From an uncultured virus (IMG/VR IMGVR_UViG_3300028833_000148) (Duplodnaviria > Heunggongvirae > Uroviricota > Caudoviricetes), in IMG/VR virus record IMGVR_UViG_3300028833_000148, positions 1 through 64,000 of that record: a stretch of DNA of 64,000 nt. The stretch is one strand, 5' to 3'. Position numbers and translations under genes: made by a program. Numbering within the stretch: position 1 is the stretch's first letter; the number at the start of each line of letters is the position of its first letter. Under the pieces are notes generated by a model. That model did not search any database and had not been told where the DNA came from. It saw only the letters and a program-made list of their open reading frames with translations. Below are positions 37,344 through 48,403 of this stretch, one piece after another.

Positions 37344-38532
37344 AACTGATAAACAATATTTGAACTTATTGAAAGACATTCTTAACAATGGGGTTGAAAA
37401 AGATACTAGAGCTGGTCGTGTTAAATCCGTTTTTGGTAGGCAATTAAGATTCAATTTAAAAAAAGGTTTACCATTGCTTACAACAAAAAAAGTTTTTACA
37501 AAGGGCATTATACACGAATTATTGTGGTTTTTACAAAGACCATATAACTCTCACGGAGCTATGAATATCGAATATCTTGTACGGAACAAAGTTCATATTT
37601 GGGACGATGACGCATATCGTTGGTTTAAAACCAATATAGCAAACACAATCAAACCAAAACAATATATGATATGCCTAGATGAAGATGACTCATATATATT
37701 TAATACAGTTAGGGGTAGAGTTAATTATGAATATTGGATTGAAAATGAAAATAAAATAAATGACCAAAACTGGCTCCAAAACATAACAAAAGAGGAATTC
37801 TTAGACCTAACGTTGCAAAAAGTCGAAATATGGCAAGACTTTGGAAATAAATACAGATTTGGCGACTTAGGACCAATATATGGGGCACAATGGAGACATT
37901 TTGGTGATACTTCTATCGACCAGATATATAATGTTATTAAAACATTGAAAGAAAATCCAAATGATAGAAGAATGCTCTGTGTGGCATATAACCCAGCTAA
38001 ATTGGAGGATATGGCATTGCCACCTTGTCATACGATGTTTCAGTTCTATACAAGGGAATTGACCAAATATGAAAGGTGGGAACTTTATAAAGAAAAAACA
38101 AACGACATTGAAACTTATGAATTGATTACTAATCCTTGGGCATCAATAAAGTCTAAACTTGAATTAGAGGCAAAACTAGAAGAAAATGGCATCCCAAAAT
38201 ATGGGCTTTCTTGTATGTTTAATATGCGCAGCAATGATTATATGTGTGGGACTCCATTCAATTGGTCACAATATGCCCTACTTACGCACATAATTGCAAA
38301 GTTGGTGAATATGATTCCAGATGAATTGGTTTATAGTGTTGGCGATTGTCACATTTATCTAAATCACATGGGTGGAATTAATGAACAATTATCAAGGAAA
38401 GGTTCTGATATTGTTCCAAAGCTGATTATACATGGTAATCAAAAATCTATTGAAGATTTCAAATATGAAGATTTTGAAATTGTTGATTATTATCCAGATT
38501 CTGTAATTAAATTTCCTTTAAATGTTGGTTAA
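37336..38532 (+). CDS. thyA: thymidylate synthase (with insertions)
   Basis: PLLTTKK, ELLWF, LGPIYGAQWR, DRR, ALPPCH, RSND, PFN, GDCHIY motifs. Confidence 0.93.
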   Translation: MTETDKQYLNLLKDILNNGVEKDTRAGRVKSVFGRQLRFNLKKGLPLLTTKKVFTKGIIHELLWFLQRPYNSHGAMNIEYLVRNKVHIWDDDAYRWFKTNIANTIKPKQYMICLDEDDSYIFNTVRGRVNYEYWIENENKINDQNWLQNITKEEFLDLTLQKVEIWQDFGNKYRFGDLGPIYGAQWRHFGDTSIDQIYNVIKTLKENPNDRRMLCVAYNPAKLEDMALPPCHTMFQFYTRELTKYERWELYKEKTNDIETYELITNPWASIKSKLELEAKLEENGIPKYGLSCMFNMRSNDYMCGTPFNWSQYALLTHIIAKLVNMIPDELVYSVGDCHIYLNHMGGINEQLSRKGSDIVPKLIIHGNQKSIEDFKYEDFEIVDYYPDSVIKFPLNVG

Positions 38533-38615
38533 AAAATAACAAAAATACTTGAAAATTCCTTTCATATGGGTTATATTTTAATTATACTAACTATTTATAT
38601 TAAAACGAAGTTCAT

Positions 38616-39770
38616 ATGAAAGGATTTATTTATAAAATTACAAACAAAGAAAATGGCAAGTTCTATATAGGTTCTACTATAGATATTGCTAAGAGAAAGA
38701 GAGCACATTTTAGACAGTTAAAAAAAGGAGAACATCATTGTTTTCATCTTCAGAGAGCATATGAGAAATATGGGAAAGAAAGCTTTGAACTAACATATAA
38801 AGAAATAGAAGTTGATAACGAGGATAAATTAAGACTTTTAGAAGAAAGATATATTAATTATTGTTGGAACAGTGGTAAACTTTATAATGTTTCTAAAAAA
38901 GGATGTGGTGGAGATTTGATTAGTTATCATCCTAAAAATAAAGAATTTAGAGAACTTCAAAGCAAAATATCTAAAGAAAGATATACCAACCTATCTGATG
39001 AAGAAAAAATTGCTTTATCAGAGAGAATAAAAGGCGAAAAAAACCCGAATTATGGGCATAGATGGTCAAAGGAGTTAAGGGAAAAAGTTTCTAAACACTG
39101 GAAAGATTATTATTTAACCCATGAAAGTTATATAAAAGGTAAAACATTTGAAGAGGTTTTTGGAGAAGAAAAATCTAAAGAATTACGACAAAAAATATCT
39201 GAAAATGTTAGTAAAAGAATTGGGGAGAAAAACCCTTTCTATGGGAGACATCATTCTGAAAAAACCAAAGAAATTTTAAGAAAAATAAATTTAGGAAAAA
39301 AGAATGTAGCATGTTCAAAGAAAATATTAGTTGATAACGTAATATATGAGTCAGTTGATGATTGTGCGACAAAATTAGGCATTAACTTTAGTACTGTTGC
39401 ATATAGGTGCAGAAAACATATTTATGGCTTTTCATATATAGGTGAGAACGATAATCTACCACAAAGAGAGACAAAAAAAATGTGGACTTTTGAAGAGTGT
39501 GAAAAATTAGCTTCAGAATGTAAAACAATTAAAGAATTGAAGGAAAAATATCCAAAAGTTTTATATTATTTCAGGAATCATAAAAATGAATTTGAAAAAA
39601 TAAAAAACAAATATTTTACATATATAAGAACATATTGGACTCTTGATGAGGTTATAGAACTTGCAAAAAAATATAATTCATATAAAGAGTTTAGAAAAAA
39701 TGAATCTACAGCATACTCTTCAGCAGTAAGACACGGATGGGTGGATAAAGTAAAAGAAATTTTTTACTAA
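38616..39770 (+). CDS. free-standing GIY-YIG homing endonuclease with NUMOD3 repeats
   Basis: GFIYKITN..NGKFYIGST..R; two GEKNP(N/F)YG repeats; TATTTATA at 38592-38599. Confidence 0.88.
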   Translation: MKGFIYKITNKENGKFYIGSTIDIAKRKRAHFRQLKKGEHHCFHLQRAYEKYGKESFELTYKEIEVDNEDKLRLLEERYINYCWNSGKLYNVSKKGCGGDLISYHPKNKEFRELQSKISKERYTNLSDEEKIALSERIKGEKNPNYGHRWSKELREKVSKHWKDYYLTHESYIKGKTFEEVFGEEKSKELRQKISENVSKRIGEKNPFYGRHHSEKTKEILRKINLGKKNVACSKKILVDNVIYESVDDCATKLGINFSTVAYRCRKHIYGFSYIGENDNLPQRETKKMWTFEECEKLASECKTIKELKEKYPKVLYYFRNHKNEFEKIKNKYFTYIRTYWTLDEVIELAKKYNSYKEFRKNESTAYSSAVRHGWVDKVKEIFY

Positions 39771-40297
39771 TGGTTATAAAAAAATTAGATGAAGATTTTA
39801 AAAAATATTATGAACTTGGGAAAATAGATGAAGAGTTCGTAATGGGTGCTGTTTCTAAAACATTAGGCGGTGAATGTTGGAGGTCAACTAGGAACGAAGA
39901 TATTTTTAAGCATATTGATTTCTGGTGGAAAAGCCCTAAAAAAGGTGTGATAGGTATAGACGTTAAGGGATTGAATAAATCTTCTAGAGGCGATAAGAAT
40001 TTTGATGATACAATACATTGGTTAGAAATTCAAAATGTAAGAGGAAAAAATGGTTGGTTAAAAGGGGAGGCAGAATACATTGCATTTAGAACTTTAACTG
40101 ACATAATTTTCATTAAACGAGAAAAACTTCTTAATTTCGCACTAGAAAAAATAGAAGGTAAAGAAATTGTCTATGATACTCCAAAAGAATGCTACGTACC
40201 ATATAAACGTTTAAAGTGGGGTAGGGATGATTTATCGTTAAAAGCCCTTAACAGCGATTTGAGAAATTTAGCCGATTTTTGTATAGACTGTGAATAA
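39770..40297 (+). CDS. PD-(D/E)xK-like nuclease
   Basis: D...HIDF...IDVKG...WLE..NV.G..GWL pattern; terminator at 40297-40325. Confidence 0.55.
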   Translation: MVIKKLDEDFKKYYELGKIDEEFVMGAVSKTLGGECWRSTRNEDIFKHIDFWWKSPKKGVIGIDVKGLNKSSRGDKNFDDTIHWLEIQNVRGKNGWLKGEAEYIAFRTLTDIIFIKREKLLNFALEKIEGKEIVYDTPKECYVPYKRLKWGRDDLSLKALNSDLRNLADFCIDCE

Positions 40298-40375
40298 GGT
40301 ATCAAATGTTTGATACCTTTTTTTTATTGGTTAATATTTATAGAATAAATAATTAAATATAAAATATTTGGAACT

Positions 40376-40693
40376 ATGGTAACTAACATTTTAGATTATA
40401 TGTATGAGGGATATGGTTATGATATGGATAATCAGATGCTTTATACAGATGTGGAGAAATATAATGAATCTTTGGATAAGGACGGATATTCTGATAATGG
40501 AATGAAGACATTTTCTTCCAATGATTGGAAAATCACTGGATATGAAGACCGTCTTCCAACTGAAAACGATAATGAATACAAAGAGGTTCAGCAATTCGTT
40601 TCTGAAAATGGTGCTAATTACACAGACATTAGGCAGCAGATTTGCAAATGTGGCGGTAATGGTAAGAGCCAGTGGGCATATGGCAAAGGATAA
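40376..40693 (+). CDS. hypothetical late protein
   Basis: TATTTATA at 40335-40342. Confidence 0.55.
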   Translation: MVTNILDYMYEGYGYDMDNQMLYTDVEKYNESLDKDGYSDNGMKTFSSNDWKITGYEDRLPTENDNEYKEVQQFVSENGANYTDIRQQICKCGGNGKSQWAYGKG

Positions 40694-40699
40694 GTTTTT

Positions 40700-41896
40700 A
40701 TGAAAAAAATTATACGTTTAACTGAAAACGAACTTAATACTTTAATTAAAGAATCAGTTAATAGGGTTCTTAAAAATAATGTTATTAATCTCAGCGAATC
40801 TGCTGGGGTTAATAACACTATGTTTATTGTTTCTGACAAAATAGCAAGACAAATTGCTTTTAAAGACGTTTATGAGATTTTCAGTGACATTAGATTGATT
40901 GAATGCTGGCATGATGACTACGGAAATACCTATGAAAATGAAATAGAGTATGAAGGAGAAATATATTCTTATGAACTATTCTACGAACCAAGTAGGAACG
41001 GTGGAGTTTATCATGGTGAAACTGATGGAGATTCCATTTCTATCAATTTTTATTTGATAGAAAAAATTGTTGCAGAATATAACGATATGAAACGAATTTG
41101 TGACGGAAACAATTACTATGATGAAGAAGATGAAGACGATTTTGATGCATACGAATACAGCAAGCAAGCGTTAGAAGGGTGTGTTGGAATCGAATACGAT
41201 ATATACAAAGAAATACAACCAATTGTACTCCATGAGCTTACACATACGTTAAATAAGAGTGATGATGTGATGGGTAGAAATTGGATTAAAAACGTAAATA
41301 GTTATAACGAAAGTGATGTTAGAGATTTCATGTATTTGTTTTCCACAAGTGAAATGAATTCAAGGATTGCTTCTGCATCTGCTTTATTAATTAATTTCAT
41401 TAAACTTGAAACCTCTGGAAAAGATATTGACTATATAAAAAACAGTGGTAGCGAAATCGATTATTTTAAATACGAATTAATGCCGAAAATTCTCAAGCAT
41501 AACGAAATAAAATACGAATACATGCAAACAATGGTTAATCTATTGGCGAACAATGCTAAAGATTTTCCTTGTAGTCAAGAGTATCTTAGGGGTTGTATGT
41601 TGAAACCAGTTTCTTCGGTATATAGTTTACCTTTCCAACTAGCAATAAACGAAGATAAACTATATAAAAGGAGTAATCCTAAACAAGTATTGAAACTATA
41701 TGCATCAAATCCACAGAGTTTTGAAGAAAAAGTTGTTTTGTTCTATAAAAATTTATTGGAGCAATATAAATCTAGACTATATAAAGTATGTTGGCACACA
41801 TATACAAATTATTCTTGGAATGTTGATGATTTAGATAGTGAATACGAGAATTCAACTAAATCTTGGCATAATAAAATTTGGGGAGAGGAAAATTGA
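40700..41896 (+). CDS. IRLTE-leader protein with a zincin-like metallopeptidase motif
   Basis: MKKIIRLTENELNTLIKESVNRVL; HELTH (HExxH) with a downstream E (SEMNSR). Confidence 0.6.
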   Translation: MKKIIRLTENELNTLIKESVNRVLKNNVINLSESAGVNNTMFIVSDKIARQIAFKDVYEIFSDIRLIECWHDDYGNTYENEIEYEGEIYSYELFYEPSRNGGVYHGETDGDSISINFYLIEKIVAEYNDMKRICDGNNYYDEEDEDDFDAYEYSKQALEGCVGIEYDIYKEIQPIVLHELTHTLNKSDDVMGRNWIKNVNSYNESDVRDFMYLFSTSEMNSRIASASALLINFIKLETSGKDIDYIKNSGSEIDYFKYELMPKILKHNEIKYEYMQTMVNLLANNAKDFPCSQEYLRGCMLKPVSSVYSLPFQLAINEDKLYKRSNPKQVLKLYASNPQSFEEKVVLFYKNLLEQYKSRLYKVCWHTYTNYSWNVDDLDSEYENSTKSWHNKIWGEEN

Positions 41897-41897
41897 T

Positions 41898-44800
41898 ATG
41901 AGTAAAAATGTTATAATAAATCAAGATAAACTAGTTGTATTAAAAGAAGCATTGGATGAATTTATGGTTGACAAGAACTCAAAGGTTGCCGACCATGATT
42001 ATGTCTGGTTTATTCTTTATCGTGGTGATTTATTGTTTTTTGATGATAAAAATAAGAATTTGCTAGATGATTTTTTTCATAGACATCAAGATGAACTAGG
42101 CGATTTTGTCTATTCATATGAGAATAGCAAATATAAGGCTGGGATGAATTTTGATGGTTTTGTTGATTTCCTAGGCTCTTCTATACCATATCTTATTACT
42201 GGGTACGTTTCTCGTGGAAATGAAGTGTACATCAACAAGAACGAAAATTATGATGTGTTAAATTCAAATGAGTTGTTTCAATTTGTTAAGGACATGCCAA
42301 ATAGTAAATTCTATTTTGATGGCAAAGAGTTGGATAGGAATGACATATTACATAATAAAGGTAAAAAAATTCCTACAGTGTGGTATCATGGAACAACATT
42401 TGAATATGCATTAGATATATTGGGCAATGGGTTAAGGGCGAAACCAGAAAAAAGTTTGTATAAGATAAAACATGATAAAACCGTGTTCATGTCTAGTGAT
42501 TTTAGACAAGCTAAATGGTATGCCGAGCATAAGAGTCGAAGAAGCTATGGTTCTTGGGCTAATAAGCCATGTGTACTAAAAATAGATGGTAGCAAAATAG
42601 ATAACAATAAAATAGTATATGATTATGATGTTTACAACGCCCATGCAATTGATAGAAATGACTCTGTTTACAATGACAGAATGGGTGAATTGGGTTTGAC
42701 ATATGATAGAATATCTCAAACCATTACTAAGCCCACTGACCCTAGGAAATATATGAAAGTTGGCTATAGAGGCATCATAATGCCAAACGCTATAACAAGC
42801 GTCTATTTAGTATCATATAATGGTGATACAGAGATGACACCAACTGATTTTGTGAAATATATCAATGACACATATGTTGGTTTTGATAAGGATGACATGA
42901 AACTGCTTAATATGAATGAGGCAGCACCAGAAGTGGATGAATATGAAATTGGTGCTGAGAGTGATAATCCACCAGTAGGTGGTAACGGTTATCATATCAA
43001 TGAATCTGCTAGTTTCGATTCGTCTGAAAAAGGTATAAAACCACAAGGAAATGAATATTATGAATCAAAAAACTCTAAAAAACAAATTGTAGAAAATAAA
43101 TATGACGATTTGTTTAATAAGGCAAATTACGACCTACAATATTTTTTGAAGCAAGGAAAAGAAAAATATGGACTTGATGGGTGGTATAGAAGCTCTTGGA
43201 TGGAAAAGACACACCCAGAAATAAGTGTAGACCCAAAAGATATTAAGATATATACAGCATTGAATGATAAACTCCATAAAATTACTAAACTTTGGACTGA
43301 CGAAGATAACAAAGAAGAAAGAGAAAAAGGTTTAGAACAACCAAAAGAAAATTATGATATTATTTCTTTGGCTATCGAAGAGTTTGGCTTAACTAGCAGA
43401 TTAAGCCAAGCTGGATATATTCTTCCAGATGGTAAATTGTTGAATTTGGGAAGTGATGGCTATAGAGAAACAGACCATAGGCAAATAGCAGCTGTTTATA
43501 AACAGAATGGGATAAAAATATGGAATGACGAGTATCGCTATAACTACGTTGTTGATTTTATGAATCATGGAGCAATTAGATGTGATGTCAATAGCGGAAT
43601 ACTTGATATGACGAAAGAGCCTACAAATGAACAATTCTACGCAATAAAGGATTTTGTCAGAAAGGCTGTTGACGTTGACATAGATTTTACCGATGACAAA
43701 GGAAATACCTTGCATTCAGTTTCATATTCCGATGCTAAACCCCAAGCTGTTGTTGCGGATATAATGAGATATTATGAGGATGGAATAAAACCAATGGGAA
43801 ACGTGCAGTATGAAGCAAATAATAATGAGAAACATATAGTTGAAAATTTTGATTTTGAGGTAGATAGTTCTGAAATAGATTTGTCTTCATTCAAGAAAAA
43901 ACATGAATTAGTTCCAAATATATGGAAACCAGATGGTAAACTAGATTCAAGAATTAGGCTTAAGCTATTAGACATTGCAGACGATTTTTGGAAATATGTA
44001 AACTTGACTTGGGTTGAGCCTAGCGGCATAATATTAACTGGTTCAATCTGTAATTTCAATTGGTCTCAGTATTCTGACATTGACCTACATCTTATCGTAG
44101 ATTTTGATGAGATTGATGAGAAGACAGAGTTTGTCCGTGATTATTTAGATGCAAAGAAAAATGAATGGAATAGTGAGCACAGTGGCTTGCAAATAATGGG
44201 ATACCAAGTGGAATTATATGTTCAGAATTTAGGAGAAATGCCAGAATCAAATGGTATTTACGACCTTGAGGAAAATGATTGGATAAAAGAACCAAATCCA
44301 GATGACATTAAATCAATTGGTCTTAATAAATTTTCCATAAAAGACAAAGCAGCCAAAATTATGACCATTATTGACGATATGTATAATGCTCTTAATGCTA
44401 CAGACGATTCACATAAGATTGAGACAATCGGTGATGATGCTCAGTACCTTTGGAAGAAGGTTAAGGCGATGCGCAAGGCAAGTCTTGAGAGCAATGGTGA
44501 GAGTGGAGCTGGAAATATCGTCTATAAGATTCTACGTAGGACACAATATCTTGATAAGTTATTCAGATTATTCTCAGTCGTATATGACAGAAATAACTCA
44601 ATAGTTGAATCAGTAGAGAGTAATAACAATGTTGATGTGTTTGCGTTGGCTAAAGAGAGATTCGGTGTCACCAATGATATAAGAGAATGTGGTTATATAC
44701 TTCCAGATGGTAGCATGCTTGATTTTAGTGGAAGACACATGGTAACTGGAAATACTGATACCTCTCACCTTAGAGGTAGAAGGGGTGTTGACCACAGAGA

Positions 44801-46598
44801 CATTGGAGACCTTAATTGGGATGCCGATATGACCACTAAAAGCGGTTTAAACATCAATATGGCAGACTTCATTAGAATGGGCGCAATAAGAATCCATTGT
44901 TCAAACACTTGGAGTTCTATAAATCTATTTAAGAAGCCTACTAGGGAGCAAGTTAACCCAATGTTAAGGTTAATACAATATAGCAAGGGTAATGTAACTG
45001 TAGAAATTGGTGATGGCGATAATTCATATGAATATGCTGAATGGGATGAAGCCAATTCAAGAAGGGTAGTGAATGACATTATAAGATATTTTGATGGTGA
45101 AACAATTAACCTAGTAGGAAACGTTACAGAATCAAAGGTATATGATAAGTCAAATTCAATCACGGAATCCAAAAGCAAAAAGAAAAAATATACTGTATAT
45201 ATTGACGGTAAAAAAGATGATACATTTTCTGATATGAATTGGAAACGTAAACCAAAAGTTGGTAAAGGGTTTTATTACGGAGGAGCAGTTTTCAAAATAA
45301 AAAAAGTTACAGATGATTCAATATATGCGATAGAAGAGTCTAAATTCAATGATAAAGAAATTATAAAAGAATATTTAGAGAAAGATTACAATTTGCCATT
45401 GTACAAATATTTCAAATGGGCATCTACGGCATCTTCTTGCGAAAAAGCAAGAGATTTAGCATATTCTTGTTCTTGTTATATAGACGAATATATTAAAAAA
45501 ATTTATTTTAGGTATTCGGAATTTGAAAATTTGTTAAATGATGGTGAGTTTTATTATGAAGATGAATCATTGGTTGAAATGTTTTTAAATATGCTTGAAG
45601 AAAACAAACTATGTGACCATTTTATAAGCATAATGCAAGATATTGTGAATTATTATGAATTACCTTCGTGGTGTACTATGAATTTTAATAGAATAGTAAA
45701 AAATGAATGGTGTATCCATTTTGGTTCTGATTCAGAATCAATTGCAAAAGAAGGATTTACTGGAGGAACACCAGAAATTGAACATCTTGCTTATACAAAT
45801 GCTGGAGTACAAAAATCAAGTGCTGGCTATGATTTTGCATTTTTAATTGATGATAGAAATGTAGATTATAACGGATATGGTGATGAAGCAGTTATTTTTA
45901 GGACAAGCGGTGTAGAAATATACCATTATGGTGACAATCAGAATCAAGTAATATTCTGGGGACCTAATGTAAAAAGCTTTATTCCAATTCATCAAGATAA
46001 TGGCGATTGGGTTGTTTATGGACAAAATGGTCAAGTTCTTGTAAGATGTGGTAGACCTAGCGAGATTGCTCTTTGGGCAACAGAAAATCTACCGCAATAT
46101 AGGAAACAGATAATGACTGGTAAAAATGGATACATACCAAAACAATGGGTTTATAATAAAGAATTAGGAAAAAGCAAAGCAATACCATACCCAATCTATA
46201 GAAATGAATCTATAAAAAAATATCTTACATTACTTAAAGAGAATTTTATAAACGAAGAATGGGTTGGTGATGGCAACAGTGAGCATAATCCGTATAAAAA
46301 GCGTTGGGATGCGGAAAGAAAAGCATTAAAAGATTTCCTTTCTAATTATGGTAAATTAATGCAGTCAAGAGAAAACGGAAAATTGTATAAATGTTATTAT
46401 GATAAAATATTGTCACAATTAATCGGATATAATTATTGTATTTGCATACAATGGGATAACATTAACATGAAGCCAAAAAGTGTTCTATACATAAGGGCAT
46501 TGGATAAATTTACACCAAACATTAAACAAGTCAATTTCGACGCTAGAGGTCATGATAATGTTATGGGTAGTTATGATGATTTATCTTATCAGCAGTAA
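41898..46598 (+). CDS. large polyvalent putative virion protein (ART-like, duplicated GYILPDG domain, nucleotidyltransferase)
   Basis: WYHGT...GL...VFMSSD (ART-like); two AGYILPDG/CGYILPDG..DHR..GAIR domains; LTGS.CNFNWS.YSDIDLH (NTase); likely start 41898. Confidence 0.75.
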   Translation: MSKNVIINQDKLVVLKEALDEFMVDKNSKVADHDYVWFILYRGDLLFFDDKNKNLLDDFFHRHQDELGDFVYSYENSKYKAGMNFDGFVDFLGSSIPYLITGYVSRGNEVYINKNENYDVLNSNELFQFVKDMPNSKFYFDGKELDRNDILHNKGKKIPTVWYHGTTFEYALDILGNGLRAKPEKSLYKIKHDKTVFMSSDFRQAKWYAEHKSRRSYGSWANKPCVLKIDGSKIDNNKIVYDYDVYNAHAIDRNDSVYNDRMGELGLTYDRISQTITKPTDPRKYMKVGYRGIIMPNAITSVYLVSYNGDTEMTPTDFVKYINDTYVGFDKDDMKLLNMNEAAPEVDEYEIGAESDNPPVGGNGYHINESASFDSSEKGIKPQGNEYYESKNSKKQIVENKYDDLFNKANYDLQYFLKQGKEKYGLDGWYRSSWMEKTHPEISVDPKDIKIYTALNDKLHKITKLWTDEDNKEEREKGLEQPKENYDIISLAIEEFGLTSRLSQAGYILPDGKLLNLGSDGYRETDHRQIAAVYKQNGIKIWNDEYRYNYVVDFMNHGAIRCDVNSGILDMTKEPTNEQFYAIKDFVRKAVDVDIDFTDDKGNTLHSVSYSDAKPQAVVADIMRYYEDGIKPMGNVQYEANNNEKHIVENFDFEVDSSEIDLSSFKKKHELVPNIWKPDGKLDSRIRLKLLDIADDFWKYVNLTWVEPSGIILTGSICNFNWSQYSDIDLHLIVDFDEIDEKTEFVRDYLDAKKNEWNSEHSGLQIMGYQVELYVQNLGEMPESNGIYDLEENDWIKEPNPDDIKSIGLNKFSIKDKAAKIMTIIDDMYNALNATDDSHKIETIGDDAQYLWKKVKAMRKASLESNGESGAGNIVYKILRRTQYLDKLFRLFSVVYDRNNSIVESVESNNNVDVFALAKERFGVTNDIRECGYILPDGSMLDFSGRHMVTGNTDTSHLRGRRGVDHRDIGDLNWDADMTTKSGLNINMADFIRMGAIRIHCSNTWSSINLFKKPTREQVNPMLRLIQYSKGNVTVEIGDGDNSYEYAEWDEANSRRVVNDIIRYFDGETINLVGNVTESKVYDKSNSITESKSKKKKYTVYIDGKKDDTFSDMNWKRKPKVGKGFYYGGAVFKIKKVTDDSIYAIEESKFNDKEIIKEYLEKDYNLPLYKYFKWASTASSCEKARDLAYSCSCYIDEYIKKIYFRYSEFENLLNDGEFYYEDESLVEMFLNMLEENKLCDHFISIMQDIVNYYELPSWCTMNFNRIVKNEWCIHFGSDSESIAKEGFTGGTPEIEHLAYTNAGVQKSSAGYDFAFLIDDRNVDYNGYGDEAVIFRTSGVEIYHYGDNQNQVIFWGPNVKSFIPIHQDNGDWVVYGQNGQVLVRCGRPSEIALWATENLPQYRKQIMTGKNGYIPKQWVYNKELGKSKAIPYPIYRNESIKKYLTLLKENFINEEWVGDGNSEHNPYKKRWDAERKALKDFLSNYGKLMQSRENGKLYKCYYDKILSQLIGYNYCICIQWDNINMKPKSVLYIRALDKFTPNIKQVNFDARGHDNVMGSYDDLSYQQ

Positions 46599-46678
46599 TA
46601 ATAATGCATAAAGTGATATTTTTTAATACTTTAAAATATTTATATTTAAAATAAGACTGAAAAATTAATATATTAATT

Positions 46679-48403
46679 ATGGATAGTAAAAATTACACAA
46701 GTGAGCAGTTAAATACCATGAACAGGATGAAGTCATTGATGAATTATGGCTTAAAGACTGAAAACAAGCAAGCATATAGCACTGTTGAGTACCAGAAAGT
46801 TGGTGCTGATGGAAAAGTATATGGAATTGTGCGTGAGGGTACTAAATACTATATTAAATCTGCTCCTAACAAATCAAATCTCATTAAAGAAGATTTTTCT
46901 TACATCGGTGGATTTAGAAACAGAAAGGAAAATGAATATAATTCTTTCGCAAACGCTCAGAAACAGTTTGATTTAAAGATGATGTCTTTAAAGGAGGCTG
47001 CTAATAAAAATGATTTCAAGGTTAGTTCTTGGAATCTAGAGGGCAAAGAAAATGTAGTTGCTGAATCTTCTGAGAAAATGCAGAAAGAAATTTTACGTGA
47101 ACGCCAGATTATGAAGAATGCAATGGCTATCAATGAAAAGAAAGCTGTTTGCTGTGATGTTCCTAGCACTCCAAAAGATAATATCGGAAAGAGTGAGAAA
47201 CCTCAAACTGGTAATGCTGAAAATGCAGTAGACCACGAAAAGGCTGAACTTCCAAAAGAAATGACTGAAGGTAAGACTTGTCCTAAATGTGGTAAAAACC
47301 CATGTCAGTGCGAATCTGTAAATGAGGAAGAGGTACTTGGCTGGAATCGTGGAAACGATGACTATATGGACAAATCTCATGGAACTGAGATTGGCGATAG
47401 TGCTCCATTCGATGATGCAACCGCAAGAAACATTGATGATGGAGATAAGAAAGTATCTAAAACTGGCGAAATGAAAAATGGCGTAGTTGAGAATCACGGA
47501 ACTTCAATGCATGATGCTGATAACCAGAACAGTCCAAGTGTTGGTGTTGGCGAAGGACCATCTGATGACAATAATAAACCATTTGATGATGAAAAAGGTA
47601 AACAAATTGACGAGGCTATTGATGATTTCGGTGCTGAAGGCGAAGAAGACCCAATGGGTGATGACTTAGGTGCTGAAAGTGGTGAAGAACTTGGCGATGA
47701 TGACTTTGGTGGAGACCCAATAGGTGATGACTTGGGTGCTGAAAATGGCGAAGATGGCGAAGAACTTGGCGATGATGACCTTGGTGATGAAGATGACGTA
47801 TATGAGGACGATACAGAGTCTCGTCTTGACGCAATGGAAGAGCTTTTGAACCAGATTGCTGCTAAACTCGGAGTTGATGCTGGACCAGTCGATGATGATG
47901 CATATGGCGATGATGAACTTTTCGATGACGAAGGTGGCGACGATTTTGGGGCAGAAGATGACTTCGGAGGCGAAGATGATTTTGGTGCAGAGGACGATGA
48001 AATGCCAATGGAAAGCAGAAGACGCAGAGGTGGCGTACAGATTTATGAGACTAGGGCATTTAGAAATGCAATGCGTAGAGAGAGAATGAATGAAGCACGT
48101 AGAAGAAGAATCAACGAGGATGGAATGACACCTTTTAAGGATGCTGGACGTGTTCCTAGTGGTAATATGAACAAGTTGGATGACTTCGGTAAACACCCAG
48201 CATATCAGAAGAAAGTGATGGAATTGCCTCCAAAGGATTTGCAAGAATTCCCTGGATACTATGACATGAATGATGATTCAGTAAGAAATGATAATCCTTA
48301 TGGTGAAAAGATTGGTGACGGTGCTCCATTCGAGATTGACCCACAATCAATTGATAACGCAATTGCTGAAGCATTCAATCGTCTAAAAAAAAACAAAAGG
48401 TAA
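46679..48403 (+). CDS. acidic, low-complexity head-associated protein
   Basis: TATTTATA 46637-46644; D/E/G repeats; ends at an A9C slippery run. Confidence 0.7.
   Translation: MDSKNYTSEQLNTMNRMKSLMNYGLKTENKQAYSTVEYQKVGADGKVYGIVREGTKYYIKSAPNKSNLIKEDFSYIGGFRNRKENEYNSFANAQKQFDLKMMSLKEAANKNDFKVSSWNLEGKENVVAESSEKMQKEILRERQIMKNAMAINEKKAVCCDVPSTPKDNIGKSEKPQTGNAENAVDHEKAELPKEMTEGKTCPKCGKNPCQCESVNEEEVLGWNRGNDDYMDKSHGTEIGDSAPFDDATARNIDDGDKKVSKTGEMKNGVVENHGTSMHDADNQNSPSVGVGEGPSDDNNKPFDDEKGKQIDEAIDDFGAEGEEDPMGDDLGAESGEELGDDDFGGDPIGDDLGAENGEDGEELGDDDLGDEDDVYEDDTESRLDAMEELLNQIAAKLGVDAGPVDDDAYGDDELFDDEGGDDFGAEDDFGGEDDFGAEDDEMPMESRRRRGGVQIYETRAFRNAMRRERMNEARRRRINEDGMTPFKDAGRVPSGNMNKLDDFGKHPAYQKKVMELPPKDLQEFPGYYDMNDDSVRNDNPYGEKIGDGAPFEIDPQSIDNAIAEAFNRLKKNKR

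Noticed and set aside
37336..38532. Group I intron in thyA, or a dCMP hydroxymethylase
   Set aside because: The reading frame is continuous with all motifs, and the dUMP-specifying Asn (PFN) is retained.
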